Under the pieces are notes generated by a model. That model saw only the letters and a program-made list of their open reading frames with translations, did not search any database and had not been told where the DNA came from. Below, piece by piece: positions 19,214-28,436 of a stretch of DNA of 64,000 bases. The position numbers and the translations under genes were made by a program. The number at the start of each line of letters is the position of its first letter. Positions within the stretch are counted from its first letter, which is position 1. The stretch covers positions 408,007 to 472,006 of the forward strand of contig JACROE010000002.1 of assembly GCA_016214565.1 (NCBI GenBank). Reading direction: 5' to 3'. Source of the DNA: Candidatus Kerfeldbacteria bacterium (GTDB taxonomy: Bacteria > Patescibacteriota > Patescibacteriia > UBA10025 > JAHIVO01).

Positions 19214-19741
19214 TTATTTGACGAGGCCGAGCCGGCCGATACGAGCCGCCACCGAGCCCAGGGGTCGCTGCATCAGTGCCGCAATTTCACGCCCGGTATG
19301 ACGGGGATAGAGCCGCCGCAACCGGCGATCTGCCTGTTTTGTCCAGGGCAATTCGACTCTCCCGTTACGGTGAATCGTTTTTTTGGTCAGGCCCAGTAAC
19401 TGCGCCTGATGGTAAATCGAGTCCCGGGTTCGCCGAAGCGAAATGCACAATTTCGCCATCGGAGTAGTCGCATACTGGCGACGAAGTTTGCGTTTTTCCG
19501 CGGCTGACCACGGTGTGCCTGATTTCACATGGATACGGGCCGAAACTTTCGGACGGCTGACCTGAGAGATTGGCTGTTTGTCGCCGAATACTGCCAGGAG
19601 CAGCCCGCGATATCGAAGGCAAATCGTCGGTTTGCCATTCATCGTGGTTGGCACCATTGACCGAGCGAATCTCAAACGCTGACCGAGCTGCTGCAGATTC
19701 CCCACCTGAACCGACGGTACCAAGGTTCCCTGTCGAGCCAT
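19214..19741 (-). CDS. Basic protein with two Myb/SANT-like HTH repeats
   Basis: PWSAAEKRKLRRQY...LRRTRDSIYHQAQLLGL and PWTKQADRRLRRLY...MQRPLGSVAARIGRLGL; AAGGAGG SD. Confidence 0.75.
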   Translation of the reverse strand: MARQGTLVPSVQVGNLQQLGQRLRFARSMVPTTMNGKPTICLRYRGLLLAVFGDKQPISQVSRPKVSARIHVKSGTPWSAAEKRKLRRQYATTPMAKLCISLRRTRDSIYHQAQLLGLTKKTIHRNGRVELPWTKQADRRLRRLYPRHTGREIAALMQRPLGSVAARIGRLGLVK

Positions 19742-19823
19742 ACTATCCTCCTTGATGCTGTGTAAGAGCTATTCTTCGTTTATATTCAGCAAACCTATCA
19801 CACGATTCAAACGAACGTCAAGT

Positions 19824-19862
19824 CATCAACATGACGTCTCCAAAGCTATGAAATAGATAACC
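19824..19862 (-). repeat. Diverged copy of the queA 3' end
   Basis: 36/39 identical to 20604-20642, offset 780 bp. Confidence 0.85.
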
Positions 19863-20048
19863 ACACAGTACGATCGTCAACGACAGTACATTCCTTATGC
19901 ATATGATTTCCGTGTCTCAATATGTATCCCGAAGAAATGCCATAAGCTGCATTAAACTATCGTGTCGCCCAAATCCGCAATCCTAAGTAATATAAATAAA
20001 AAGAGAGCCCTTCATAGGACTCCCTTAACAGTATGACTTCCAGATAAC

Positions 20049-20480
20049 CTACCAGGCCACCAGCAGTCGCGGCCGCTTAAACCGTTTCGGCTCTCTGAGC
20101 TGACGCGGTGGCAGCTTATTGATGCTGAAGTAAGCTGCCTGCTTCCGTATGGCACTGGGAGTCCGTTTGAGCTGTGTGGCCATCCACCGGGTGATAGAGA
20201 ACGGATAGTATCGGCGCAAAAAGTTCAGTTCTGAACGAAGCCACGGCCGTTTGACATACTGCTTTTTGCTCCGCCATGTCCTTGATGCGGGCAACTCAAG
20301 CGCGCTATCTAACGCCATAAACCGGATTCTGATTCCGCACAATGCAGCCTGCTTACGCACGGCATTCATTGACCGACCAAGTCTCTCTGCTACCCATTCG
20401 GTGGGATACTCACCATAGAGCTCGAACAAAAGAAACCTTTCATTTTCGCTCCAACGATTGCCGGCTCGCTGTTGAGACAT
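20049..20480 (-). CDS. Basic protein with two Myb/SANT-like HTH repeats
   Basis: RWSENERFLLFELY...LGRSMNAVRKQA and PWLRSELNFLRRYY...LKRTPSAIRKQA; AAGGAGG SD. Confidence 0.75.
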   Translation of the reverse strand: MSQQRAGNRWSENERFLLFELYGEYPTEWVAERLGRSMNAVRKQAALCGIRIRFMALDSALELPASRTWRSKKQYVKRPWLRSELNFLRRYYPFSITRWMATQLKRTPSAIRKQAAYFSINKLPPRQLREPKRFKRPRLLVAW

Positions 20481-20597
20481 GCGATATCCTCCTTCTGTTT
20501 TTCTATTTCAATATATCGAAGAACTATTATTTATCACGTGAATAGATTATATTAGCCCCCTATTAATTTGATTGTCAATAGGCGCTCATAGAGCGGC

Positions 20598-21632
20598 CTA
20601 CACCATCAACATAGCGTCTCCAAAGCTATGAAATCGATAACCGCGCCGCAGTCCACTGCGATAAGCGCGGAGAATCTTCTCTCGTCCAGCAAAAGCCGAT
20701 ACCAATAATAAAAGGCTTGATTGCGGTACATGAAAATTAGTAATCATGGCGTCCGTCATCCGGAACCCGTACCCGGGATAAATATAAGTATTGATCCAAC
20801 CCTGAAAAGCGCCGATGTGTTTTCGTGCCAGCGCGGTTTCTAACACTCGAACAGATGTGGTGCCCACCGCGATCACGCGCCGGCCTTCTTTCTTTGCTTG
20901 GTGAATCCGCCGCGCCGTTCCACCATCGACAACAGCATGTTCCCGATGCATACGATGCTTGGTAATATCATCGGTGGTAATCGGTTGAAACGTACCAAAA
21001 CCCACATGCAATGTCACATACTCCAGTTGCACACCCATACGTTTCAGTTTAAGCAACAACCGCTTGGTAAAATGAAACCCCGCTGTGGGCGCCGCCACGG
21101 AGCCGATCGGACCAGCATACACGGTTTGATAATCGGGCAATCGGGCAGCGCGTTTAATGTAGGGCGGGGTGGGGGTCGAACCAATCAACTCGGCAATACG
21201 CCGAACCCGATCGGGCAAAGCGGAAAATCGCACCTGCCAAACGCCGGCACTGCCTTGTTTGCTGATCACCCCCGATAACCCACGGCCAAACCGCAGCCGC
21301 ATTCCGATACGCCGAATTTTTCCGCCGATGAGCACCTCCCAAGTTTTGCCGTGCCTAGGACGCAATAAAAATACTTCGAGCTTACCGCCGGTTTCTTTCC
21401 GCGCCATTAATCGGGCGGGGAAGACTTTGCTGTTGTTGAAGACGAGGACGTCGCCCGGCTGAAGAAATTGGGGCAGATCAAAAAAATGGCGGTGCTGCAA
21501 AACGCCGGTCTGCCGATCCATCACCAACAACCGCGAGTGATCCCGCGGTCGGATTGGCTTCTGGGCAATTGCCTGCGACGGCACACGATAATCAAACTGT
21601 GCCAGGCGGAGTCGGGGGTAGCGTTTGGGCAT
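20598..21632 (-). CDS. queA: S-adenosylmethionine:tRNA ribosyltransferase-isomerase
   Basis: FDY..P...IAQ.P, PPYIKR, YQTVYA, GSVAAPTAGFHF, NFH.P.S, SFGDAM. Confidence 0.96.
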   Translation of the reverse strand: MPKRYPRLRLAQFDYRVPSQAIAQKPIRPRDHSRLLVMDRQTGVLQHRHFFDLPQFLQPGDVLVFNNSKVFPARLMARKETGGKLEVFLLRPRHGKTWEVLIGGKIRRIGMRLRFGRGLSGVISKQGSAGVWQVRFSALPDRVRRIAELIGSTPTPPYIKRAARLPDYQTVYAGPIGSVAAPTAGFHFTKRLLLKLKRMGVQLEYVTLHVGFGTFQPITTDDITKHRMHREHAVVDGGTARRIHQAKKEGRRVIAVGTTSVRVLETALARKHIGAFQGWINTYIYPGYGFRMTDAMITNFHVPQSSLLLLVSAFAGREKILRAYRSGLRRGYRFHSFGDAMLMV

Positions 21633-22218
21633 TAGAAGTTGGTTGAGCAGCGCCGGGAGTAGTTATCGACGCCGCTGGTTGATAGGCATTATGTAAATCA
21701 AGGATGTGTTTGGCGACCAGGTCGGCATTCGGCACATCGGCAAACATGAACCGATCCTGCTCTGAAGCGGTTTGCACACTGATGCTACCATAACGGAAAA
21801 TAGTGGGAAGAAAACCCTTGGTCTCGCTACTCACATCTTGGATTTGATTGAGCAGTAATTCAGAGGTTGTGCGATGAAATAATCCATGCTGCTCCGTCGC
21901 AATAATCCGCTTATTAGTAATAAACCAAACGTCTAAATAATAATCAACCCAGGCATGGTAGATAAATAAAGTAATATACAGATAAAAAATACTGCCCAAT
22001 AACACCAGTAATAAATAAGCGAGACTAGCCTGATCGTCGAGTAGTATGGTGAATCGGTACAAGAGGAACACAATCACTACCGGCAGTATCCCGCCGATGA
22101 GAAACATGAAGATGCGGCTACCTAAGGCAACCTTATGCCGACGCAATACTTGATCAACCCGCTCGTCAGCCGATAATCCTGGCAGATAATAGTTACTCCA
22201 GTCCTTCATTGGCGTCAT
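21592..22218 (-). CDS. Membrane protein with bacterial PH domain
   Basis: Two TMs then ITNKRII..EQ.GLF.R...IQDV...G...YG.I.VQTA. Confidence 0.75.
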   Translation of the reverse strand: MTPMKDWSNYYLPGLSADERVDQVLRRHKVALGSRIFMFLIGGILPVVIVFLLYRFTILLDDQASLAYLLLVLLGSIFYLYITLFIYHAWVDYYLDVWFITNKRIIATEQHGLFHRTTSELLLNQIQDVSSETKGFLPTIFRYGSISVQTASEQDRFMFADVPNADLVAKHILDLHNAYQPAASITTPGAAQPTSNAQTLPPTPPGTV

Positions 22219-22453
22219 TTATAAATGGTAGGGAAATCGAAATCGGCTCATTCCAGGGGAAATCTTTCAGGACGGCAAAGGTACCCAAGATAATACCGAC
22301 GGTAAAAACTAAGAAAAGAAGTGACATAATAATGCTAGGTGCTCGCAAATGCGAAAAACGAATCACATGGTAAATATTGAGCAGGCCCATGAAAACAAAC
22401 GCGCTGATTATCAACACATATACAATCACGATGTAGACGGGTGTAAATTCCAT
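22193..22453 (-). CDS. Small membrane protein
   Basis: 86 aa, two TMs, coupled to the downstream gene. Confidence 0.7.
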   Translation of the reverse strand: MEFTPVYIVIVYVLIISAFVFMGLLNIYHVIRFSHLRAPSIIMSLLFLVFTVGIILGTFAVLKDFPWNEPISISLPFINDANEGLE

Positions 22454-22497
22454 ATGAAAATAGTATACCCTGTTTGTCCGCTGCCATCTAGGTCAGC

Positions 22498-23184
22498 TTG
22501 ACCGAGCCGAAGGGAATCCGTACAATGAAGCCCACTATGACAAAACGAACAATGCACATCAGCATAACCGTACTCCTGGTAGTTGCCACGGTGACTGTTG
22601 GCTATTTGGTATTCCAAAAATGGCGGGGGAACACCAATGTCGTGGCAGGTGACATCACGGTGATACCTGGAACACGAACGAATACCAACGTGGTCCCGGT
22701 TCATCGGGTGCCACTCGAACGAGGCGAGCCGAATCGCATCCACATCCCTGATCGAGATATACAAGCGCCCGTCGTATACGTCGAAGAGGCCAATGAAGAA
22801 CGATTTCAGGAAGCACTAGCAAGCGGCGTGGTACACTATCCAGGAACAGCGGCGGTTGGTGAGCTCGGCAATCCCTACATCTTTGGACATTCATCTGACT
22901 ACGCCTGGAAACCGGGCAGCTACAAAAAAGTGTTTGCCCCGCTGGTAGATATCCCGATAGGTACGGCGGTGCGCATTACTAATGACGCGGGAGAACTATA
23001 CATCTATACAGTGATTGAAACAAAAGTGGTGGGCCCGAAGGACGTTTCTGTACTAGATCAATACAATAATGAGCGATATATGCTCACCCTGCAGACATCC
23101 TATCCAATCGGAACCGCGCTCAAACGGTTTATCGCCGTGTGTGAGCTGGATAGTGAAGCAACGTTTGGCCCGGCCACTAACTAG
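22498..23184 (+). CDS. Sortase-family protein (TLxTC reads TLQTS)
   Basis: N-terminal [28 protein letters not shown]...KR; true start probably a downstream ATG. Confidence 0.85.
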   Translation: MTEPKGIRTMKPTMTKRTMHISITVLLVVATVTVGYLVFQKWRGNTNVVAGDITVIPGTRTNTNVVPVHRVPLERGEPNRIHIPDRDIQAPVVYVEEANEERFQEALASGVVHYPGTAAVGELGNPYIFGHSSDYAWKPGSYKKVFAPLVDIPIGTAVRITNDAGELYIYTVIETKVVGPKDVSVLDQYNNERYMLTLQTSYPIGTALKRFIAVCELDSEATFGPATN

Positions 23185-24206
23185 ACCAGTTTGCTCTGCA
23201 AATTCTTTGGCTCTTCTTTGCCTAAATGGCGATAAGCGGCTGCCGTAGCTACCCGTCCCCGCGGCGTCCGCGCCAGGAATCCAATCTGCATCAAGAATGG
23301 CTCGTAGACATCTTCGAGCGTGCTTTGATCTTCGGCAATCGCCGCCGCAATCGTATTCAGGCCGACCGGCCCGCCGGAATAATGATCAATAATATAATGA
23401 AGAATCTTCCGATCAGTTTCGTCTAGGCCAAAAGCGTCAATTGCCAGGCGCTCCAATGCTTCATTGGCCATGGCTACCGTGATCGCTCCATCGCCTTTGA
23501 CCTGTGCGTAATCACGGACACGTTTTAAAAGCCGATTGGCGATGCGCGGCGTTCGTCGTGCCCGCTTAGCAACTTCTGCCAGTGCTTCGGGTTCTGCTGA
23601 AACGCCTAAAATCTTGGCAGATCGTTTAATAATCTGCTCAATGTCTTTCTGCTCATAAAAATCCAAGCGATACACATTGCCAAACCGATCCCGGAGCGGG
23701 GAGGAGAGGAGATGCACCCGCGTCGTCGCGCCGACTAAGGTAAAGCGAGGCAAATCCAAACGTAAAGTTTTTGCTGATGGGCCTTTACCCACTACGATAT
23801 CAAGTGCGTACTCCTCCATAGCCGGATAGAGCACTTCCTCGATCAAGCGATTCAATCGATGAATTTCATCAATAAATAAAATATCTCCATCGTTAAGATT
23901 GGTAATGATGGCGCCGAGGTCTCCCGCTTTCTCAATGGCTGGACCGGAGGTAACGCGAATATTAACCCCCATCTCGGCCGCGATAATATGGGCAAGAGTA
24001 GTTTTGCCAATGCCGGGCGGACCATGGAGCAGGACGTGCTCAATCGGCTCGTCGCGCTTTTTAGCCGCCTGCATAAAAATTGTCAGGTTGTCTTTTACTT
24101 TCTCCTGACCAATAAATTCATTAAGTGTCTTTGGCCGCAAACTCAAATCAAAACCGTCATCCTCGGCTTGTTCCTCCTGAGCTACAATGCGATCAGTCGT
24201 CACCAT
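23181..24206 (-). CDS. ruvB: Holliday junction branch migration helicase RuvB
   Basis: [41 protein letters not shown]. Confidence 0.97.
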   Translation of the reverse strand: MVTTDRIVAQEEQAEDDGFDLSLRPKTLNEFIGQEKVKDNLTIFMQAAKKRDEPIEHVLLHGPPGIGKTTLAHIIAAEMGVNIRVTSGPAIEKAGDLGAIITNLNDGDILFIDEIHRLNRLIEEVLYPAMEEYALDIVVGKGPSAKTLRLDLPRFTLVGATTRVHLLSSPLRDRFGNVYRLDFYEQKDIEQIIKRSAKILGVSAEPEALAEVAKRARRTPRIANRLLKRVRDYAQVKGDGAITVAMANEALERLAIDAFGLDETDRKILHYIIDHYSGGPVGLNTIAAAIAEDQSTLEDVYEPFLMQIGFLARTPRGRVATAAAYRHLGKEEPKNLQSKLV

Positions 24207-24218
24207 GGCACTCTATAA

Positions 24219-25268
24219 TTATTTTTTCTTGCGGTGGGCGGGCTTGCGTTTACCGGGTTTGCTTGATGTGGCTAAGCGTTTTGCTGCGGCACCGCGTCGA
24301 ACGCGAATCAACCCTGCGACAGGCACTATTTCCACGCCGCGTGACTCAATTTCGTCCAGAAATAAATTCATCCCGAGCGAATCCGATGACATATGCCCAG
24401 CAATAATCACATTCAAATGGTGTTGCTCTGCTTGCTTCTTGTGCTCTTCCTGCATATGCATACCAATGATGGTGCCGACGCCGGCATGAGCCAAGCGTTC
24501 ATACATGTCTTTTGAACCAGAGGTGCCGCCCGTCACTTCCGTTACCGCAATTTTACCCACAAACCGATCCTCGGTACCCGCATAAAGCACGGGGCCGGCT
24601 TTTAATTTCGTGGCTGCCTGGTATTCTGGGATTTCTTTGAGTAGGCGCATAATATCACCAACCGTATCAATCTCTTTGCTCTTACGTTCAAAGAGTCGCA
24701 TCAGGAAGGTGGCCACCATATTGTCGGTAGTCGTATGCGTGCACAGGAGCGGATAGCCCAGCAGCCGAGCAGCATCAACCACGCGATTATGATTAATCGG
24801 ACTCACTGATCGGGACACCTCGCTCATGCGGAGATGAATCAATGATTCTGCAACGGTAATAGGAACGCCATAGGTTTCCATAATTTCCGCCTGCATATGC
24901 ATGACTTCATGCAGACCAGCTAACGCGGCGCCAATCGGATGGTGCGCCCAAACCAGATCAATAGGTTTGCCCATATCTGATAATTCCTTGGCAAGCAATA
25001 CCTCTTCAGTACCAATATCAATGCCAACCATAGCTCGACGGATCGGACGATCAGGGGACGCATTGAAATAGCGCGTATCAGAATACGGATTCGTCAACGA
25101 TTCTCGATCGTATTCTTTCTTCTCGTCGGCTGTCATGTGTGCAAATCGCTTTGCTTCGCGTGCCAATTTACGAGATAACGCAGCGCGACCGCGCAAATCG
25201 TTTTCAATGCCGCGACGGATGGCTAAATCGTAAATTTGTTTGATGGTCATCATAGTGATAGTAATCAA
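24219..25268 (-). CDS. NIF3-like metal-binding protein
   Basis: NPYSD, GID, AHHP, HTTTDN, GGTSG, GMH, AGHMSSDSLGMN. Confidence 0.75.
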   Translation of the reverse strand: MITITMMTIKQIYDLAIRRGIENDLRGRAALSRKLAREAKRFAHMTADEKKEYDRESLTNPYSDTRYFNASPDRPIRRAMVGIDIGTEEVLLAKELSDMGKPIDLVWAHHPIGAALAGLHEVMHMQAEIMETYGVPITVAESLIHLRMSEVSRSVSPINHNRVVDAARLLGYPLLCTHTTTDNMVATFLMRLFERKSKEIDTVGDIMRLLKEIPEYQAATKLKAGPVLYAGTEDRFVGKIAVTEVTGGTSGSKDMYERLAHAGVGTIIGMHMQEEHKKQAEQHHLNVIIAGHMSSDSLGMNLFLDEIESRGVEIVPVAGLIRVRRGAAAKRLATSSKPGKRKPAHRKKK

Positions 25269-25310
25269 TCAGAAAATTAGCCTACTCATAGTACCACCTG
25301 CCCGCACCCC

Positions 25311-25339
25311 TTGACAAGGTTCAGTAGGCATGCTATCAT
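25311..25339 (+). promoter_or_regulatory. Strong sigma70-type promoter with no credible downstream CDS
   Basis: TTGACA-17nt-TATCAT with TGn extension. Confidence 0.7.
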
Positions 25340-25345
25340 GGCCTG

Positions 25346-25519
25346 TTCATTAATAAATCTCTCATTTTCGGTACCTCCAGAAAGGTGCGAAAATCAAAGG
25401 AGTACGCCAGCCTGCAGTCACGACAAGCATGGAGGTTGTTCATATTCGGATGATCGGGGATTCGTCCTTGGCCATACCAGGGAACAACCTTCTTGACTGC
25501 AGACTAGTGTACTTTTTTT
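25346..25519 (+). ncRNA. Candidate structured ncRNA (long bulged rod, possibly 6S-like)
   Basis: Promoter upstream; nested helices ctgcagtca/tgactgcag, ggaggttgttc/gaacaaccttc, aaaggagtacg/tgtacttttt; ends in T-run. Confidence 0.5.
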
Positions 25520-25524
25520 GTACC

Positions 25525-25549
25525 AAAAAACAGCCTCGCCGGCCGAGGC
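25525..25549 (-). terminator. Terminator of VanW-like gene
   Basis: gcctcg/cgaggc stem followed by U-run on the minus strand. Confidence 0.5.
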
Positions 25550-25551
25550 GG

Positions 25552-27417
25552 CTACAGCGCCTCTTCGGTTGCCGCGGGTTCAGCCGGAGTCGGCTCAACT
25601 CCAATCAGACACACTTCCTGCCACGGTTTATAATGACTGCGAAACGTTTCCTCCATCACCTCCCCATTAGCATAGGTTACCGTCCGATTAAACTCAGCGT
25701 CAGCGCCGGTGTGGGCTTTTTCTGTACACTTTTTGACCCCGGGAGCGAGGTCGGTAGTTTCGATCAGCTTGGTTGGCCCCGGCGGTGCTAAATTATAAAT
25801 CCGCGGATTGGTCAGAGATACTGTTCGACCATCGTCGGTGCCATATAATCGAAAAACAAGTTCATCGCCATTGATTTCTGTAGTTAGTAAGACGTGATGT
25901 CCAGTGTCATTGATAAATTTGAAATCCGGTGCCGGATCATAGATGGTTGCATCAGTCCCCGCGGGTTCGTAATACGAGACGCGGTACGAATGATTCTTCC
26001 GTTCAGTTATTTTCAAACCCGCATCAAGTACTGAGCGGAAGGTGGTGGTGCCAATCTGGCACAGCCCTCCGCCATATTCAGGCACGGTCTTATTGCCTTT
26101 GATAACCAACTCTTGTTTGTAACCGTGCTCACCATCTATTTCTCCCAGTGCATTGATCAGAGAAAACTCTTCTCCAGGTTTGATCATCAAACCATTCAGC
26201 GCACTAGCCCCAACGCCGATATTATGTCGACGATTAGCGGGACTTCCTTTAAAATTGGAGCGGCCTTCACCAATTAATTCTTTGATGCCATAGCTCAGGG
26301 CGCTCCCCTCGGTTGCTTCGGGTGCAATAATATCAACGACGAGTTGTGCTGATTGAGCGTCGCTCTGAATCATGGCATTTAACTCAACTACAGAAGCTGC
26401 GATATCGACGGTTCTACCTTCTTCCGCTGGCTGAAATTCAGTCACTCGACCATTGCTTACCTGAAATTTTGATTCTTTGACGGCAACGTCAACTCCAGTT
26501 GCAACCTCTTCTAAAAAAGCCACGGCCTGATCATTGTCTAAAACAACGGTGAATACGCCATCAACCGCTGCTGGCCGTATCCATGCCGCAATCTGATCAC
26601 GGGTTATCTCCCATTTTTTTTCATCAAACTGCAACTGATATGGTGCCCGGGCTAATACATCACCAACGGTAGAAATAAGCGTGGTAGCTTCCGCGGCGTC
26701 TACGTCGGGTTGGTCGGGCTGCAAACTAATCGGAATCGACGCGGTCTGCATTGATAACAATTGGGAAGTAATGGAGCTCATAATATCCGTATAGGAAAAA
26801 GCGGTGCCCGCTTCTGCCGGAGCTACGGTAATCGAGTCATCCGCAATGACAAATACTGCATCATGCGCGGGTGCTTCATAGGCGCTCAACAATGCCTTCA
26901 GCGCTTTTGACATGGCCACCGCATCAATGCTCAAGCTGGGACGGTATGTTTTTCCCCGAAGAGCATAGTAGGCGCGCTCAGGGTAACTCATACTTCGCTG
27001 ATCAGCGATAATATCATTCAAAGACTCGTCAATGTGGTACGACGCAAGTGGTGTAGCCAATTCTGGGTTGGCCGCATCGCCATACACCATTTCCAAACCA
27101 ACCGCGTGTGCGTCATACACCAAGGTGATCCCCGTATCTAATAACTCATTAGTATGGCGTACGAGGGCGTCGCGGGCAGCATCATATGATCGATCTCCAA
27201 TATCATATGTGCCCACACGGGTATGAGGCAACAATCGAGCATCAAATTGCGCGCCATAGGCAAATGTTCCGAGCAAAACTGAACCCCCCACCACGATAGA
27301 GATCCCGAGCACTAACAGTGGGGCCCGATATGTTCGAAAAGAAAAACGTGGCGCCGTAGAACTAGGAGCTTTCGTGCTGTTACTCTTTTTTGTCGTTTGT
27401 TTTTTTGCCATACACAA
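25552..27417 (-). CDS. VanW-family protein with N-terminal TM and putative PG-binding repeats
   Basis: NRRHNI, PGEEFS, GGGLCQIGTT.FR, ERKNHSY.V.YY, DATIY.P..D.KF.NDT. Confidence 0.88.
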   Translation of the reverse strand: MCMAKKQTTKKSNSTKAPSSTAPRFSFRTYRAPLLVLGISIVVGGSVLLGTFAYGAQFDARLLPHTRVGTYDIGDRSYDAARDALVRHTNELLDTGITLVYDAHAVGLEMVYGDAANPELATPLASYHIDESLNDIIADQRSMSYPERAYYALRGKTYRPSLSIDAVAMSKALKALLSAYEAPAHDAVFVIADDSITVAPAEAGTAFSYTDIMSSITSQLLSMQTASIPISLQPDQPDVDAAEATTLISTVGDVLARAPYQLQFDEKKWEITRDQIAAWIRPAAVDGVFTVVLDNDQAVAFLEEVATGVDVAVKESKFQVSNGRVTEFQPAEEGRTVDIAASVVELNAMIQSDAQSAQLVVDIIAPEATEGSALSYGIKELIGEGRSNFKGSPANRRHNIGVGASALNGLMIKPGEEFSLINALGEIDGEHGYKQELVIKGNKTVPEYGGGLCQIGTTTFRSVLDAGLKITERKNHSYRVSYYEPAGTDATIYDPAPDFKFINDTGHHVLLTTEINGDELVFRLYGTDDGRTVSLTNPRIYNLAPPGPTKLIETTDLAPGVKKCTEKAHTGADAEFNRTVTYANGEVMEETFRSHYKPWQEVCLIGVEPTPAEPAATEEAL

Positions 27418-27651
27418 CTACGAGCGCAATAGCGTATTTAATACGGCACGTGCCAGCTCCTCACGATGCTGCTCTTCAGAGAGCGGAGTGGAGAGGACAA
27501 GCTGAAAAACAGCCCCCTGAGTCAGCGCTTCAGGCAAGTCCTTGATGGGCCAGCGGACAATTTGATGATCTGCCAATTCTAAAAGCGCCTGCGTTCCTTC
27601 AAACCCTTTGACGGTAACCGTGGTTTGGTACGCGGCCGGTGTCATCATCAT
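27418..27651 (-). CDS. Small hypothetical protein (DUF3006-like)
   Basis: FEG..A.L...WP...LP pattern; packed between neighbours. Confidence 0.6.
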   Translation of the reverse strand: MMMTPAAYQTTVTVKGFEGTQALLELADHQIVRWPIKDLPEALTQGAVFQLVLSTPLSEEQHREELARAVLNTLLRS

Positions 27652-27655
27652 GGGA

Positions 27656-28162
27656 TTATTCCTCGTGGACGCGAACGACCGTTACTTTGTTTACTTTTTC
27701 AGCTTTGGGTAATGTCACGCTCAGGACCCCATTACGAATGGTGGCCTTGATCTGGTCAATCTTCACATCGCAGGGGAGAATAATGGATCGAGAAAACCCG
27801 CCCCAATAACATTCACGGTAAAAATAATCCTGATCAGATACTTCATGATCCTTTTCGCGTTTGCCGCGAATGGTAATCATGTCATTATTAACTGAGATAT
27901 CAATGTCTTCCGGTTTAACGCCGGCAATGGTGGATTTGATGACAATCTCGTCAGTAGTCTGATAGACGTCGACCGCCAATTGCCCGGCAAAATCATCGTC
28001 GTCCAGCCAATTCTGATCAATAGCGCGTGGAGTCGAAGCAGACACTGCTTTGCCATTCGACGCAGCCAAATCACGAGTAAAGTCATACTCGTATTCGTCT
28101 TTTCGCTTTTCCTTGGTGTTTGTGGTATTTTTTGAAGCTGATGCCATATCAATATCGCTCAA
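27656..28162 (-). CDS. Hsp20/alpha-crystallin small heat-shock protein
   Basis: VDVYQT, AGVKPEDIDIS, RECYWGGFSRSIILP, NGVLSVTLPK. Confidence 0.92.
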   Translation of the reverse strand: MSDIDMASASKNTTNTKEKRKDEYEYDFTRDLAASNGKAVSASTPRAIDQNWLDDDDFAGQLAVDVYQTTDEIVIKSTIAGVKPEDIDISVNNDMITIRGKREKDHEVSDQDYFYRECYWGGFSRSIILPCDVKIDQIKATIRNGVLSVTLPKAEKVNKVTVVRVHEE

Positions 28163-28217
28163 AGATGCAATTAGTATACAATATTAATACAAGAAGTGCT
28201 AGTATAATGGGCATGCA

Positions 28218-28246
28218 TTGACGCGCGCCAATAAGTACGCTACGAT
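28218..28246 (+). promoter_or_regulatory. Promoter of tRNA-Glu
   Basis: TTGACG-17nt-TACGAT. Confidence 0.55.
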
Positions 28247-28262
28247 TGGCGATACTACATTT

Positions 28263-28276
28263 ATGGCCCCATCGTC
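28263..28276 (+). repeat. Duplicate of the tRNA-Glu 5' end
   Basis: atggccccatcgtc at 28263-28276 and 28309-28322. Confidence 0.8.
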
Positions 28277-28310
28277 CCTGCCACTGGCCATAAACGAACT
28301 ATTCAACCAT

Positions 28311-28385
28311 GGCCCCATCGTCTAACGGTTAGGACACCACGCTTTCAATGTGGTAACCGGGGTTCGATTCCCCGTGGGGCTACCA
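28311..28385 (+). tRNA. tRNA-Glu(TTC)
   Basis: Cloverleaf; stem ccacg/tgtgg, loop ctTTCaa; TTCGA T-loop; encoded CCA. Confidence 0.93.
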
Positions 28386-28436
28386 TAATCATACAAAAAA
28401 AGCCCAGTCACCGTTGAGCGCATCATCGTACAATGC

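Noticed and set aside
25429-25791. 120-aa plus-strand ORF as the target of the 25311 promoter
   Set aside because: It runs antisense into the VanW-like gene and through a strong RNA structure; composition is not protein-like.
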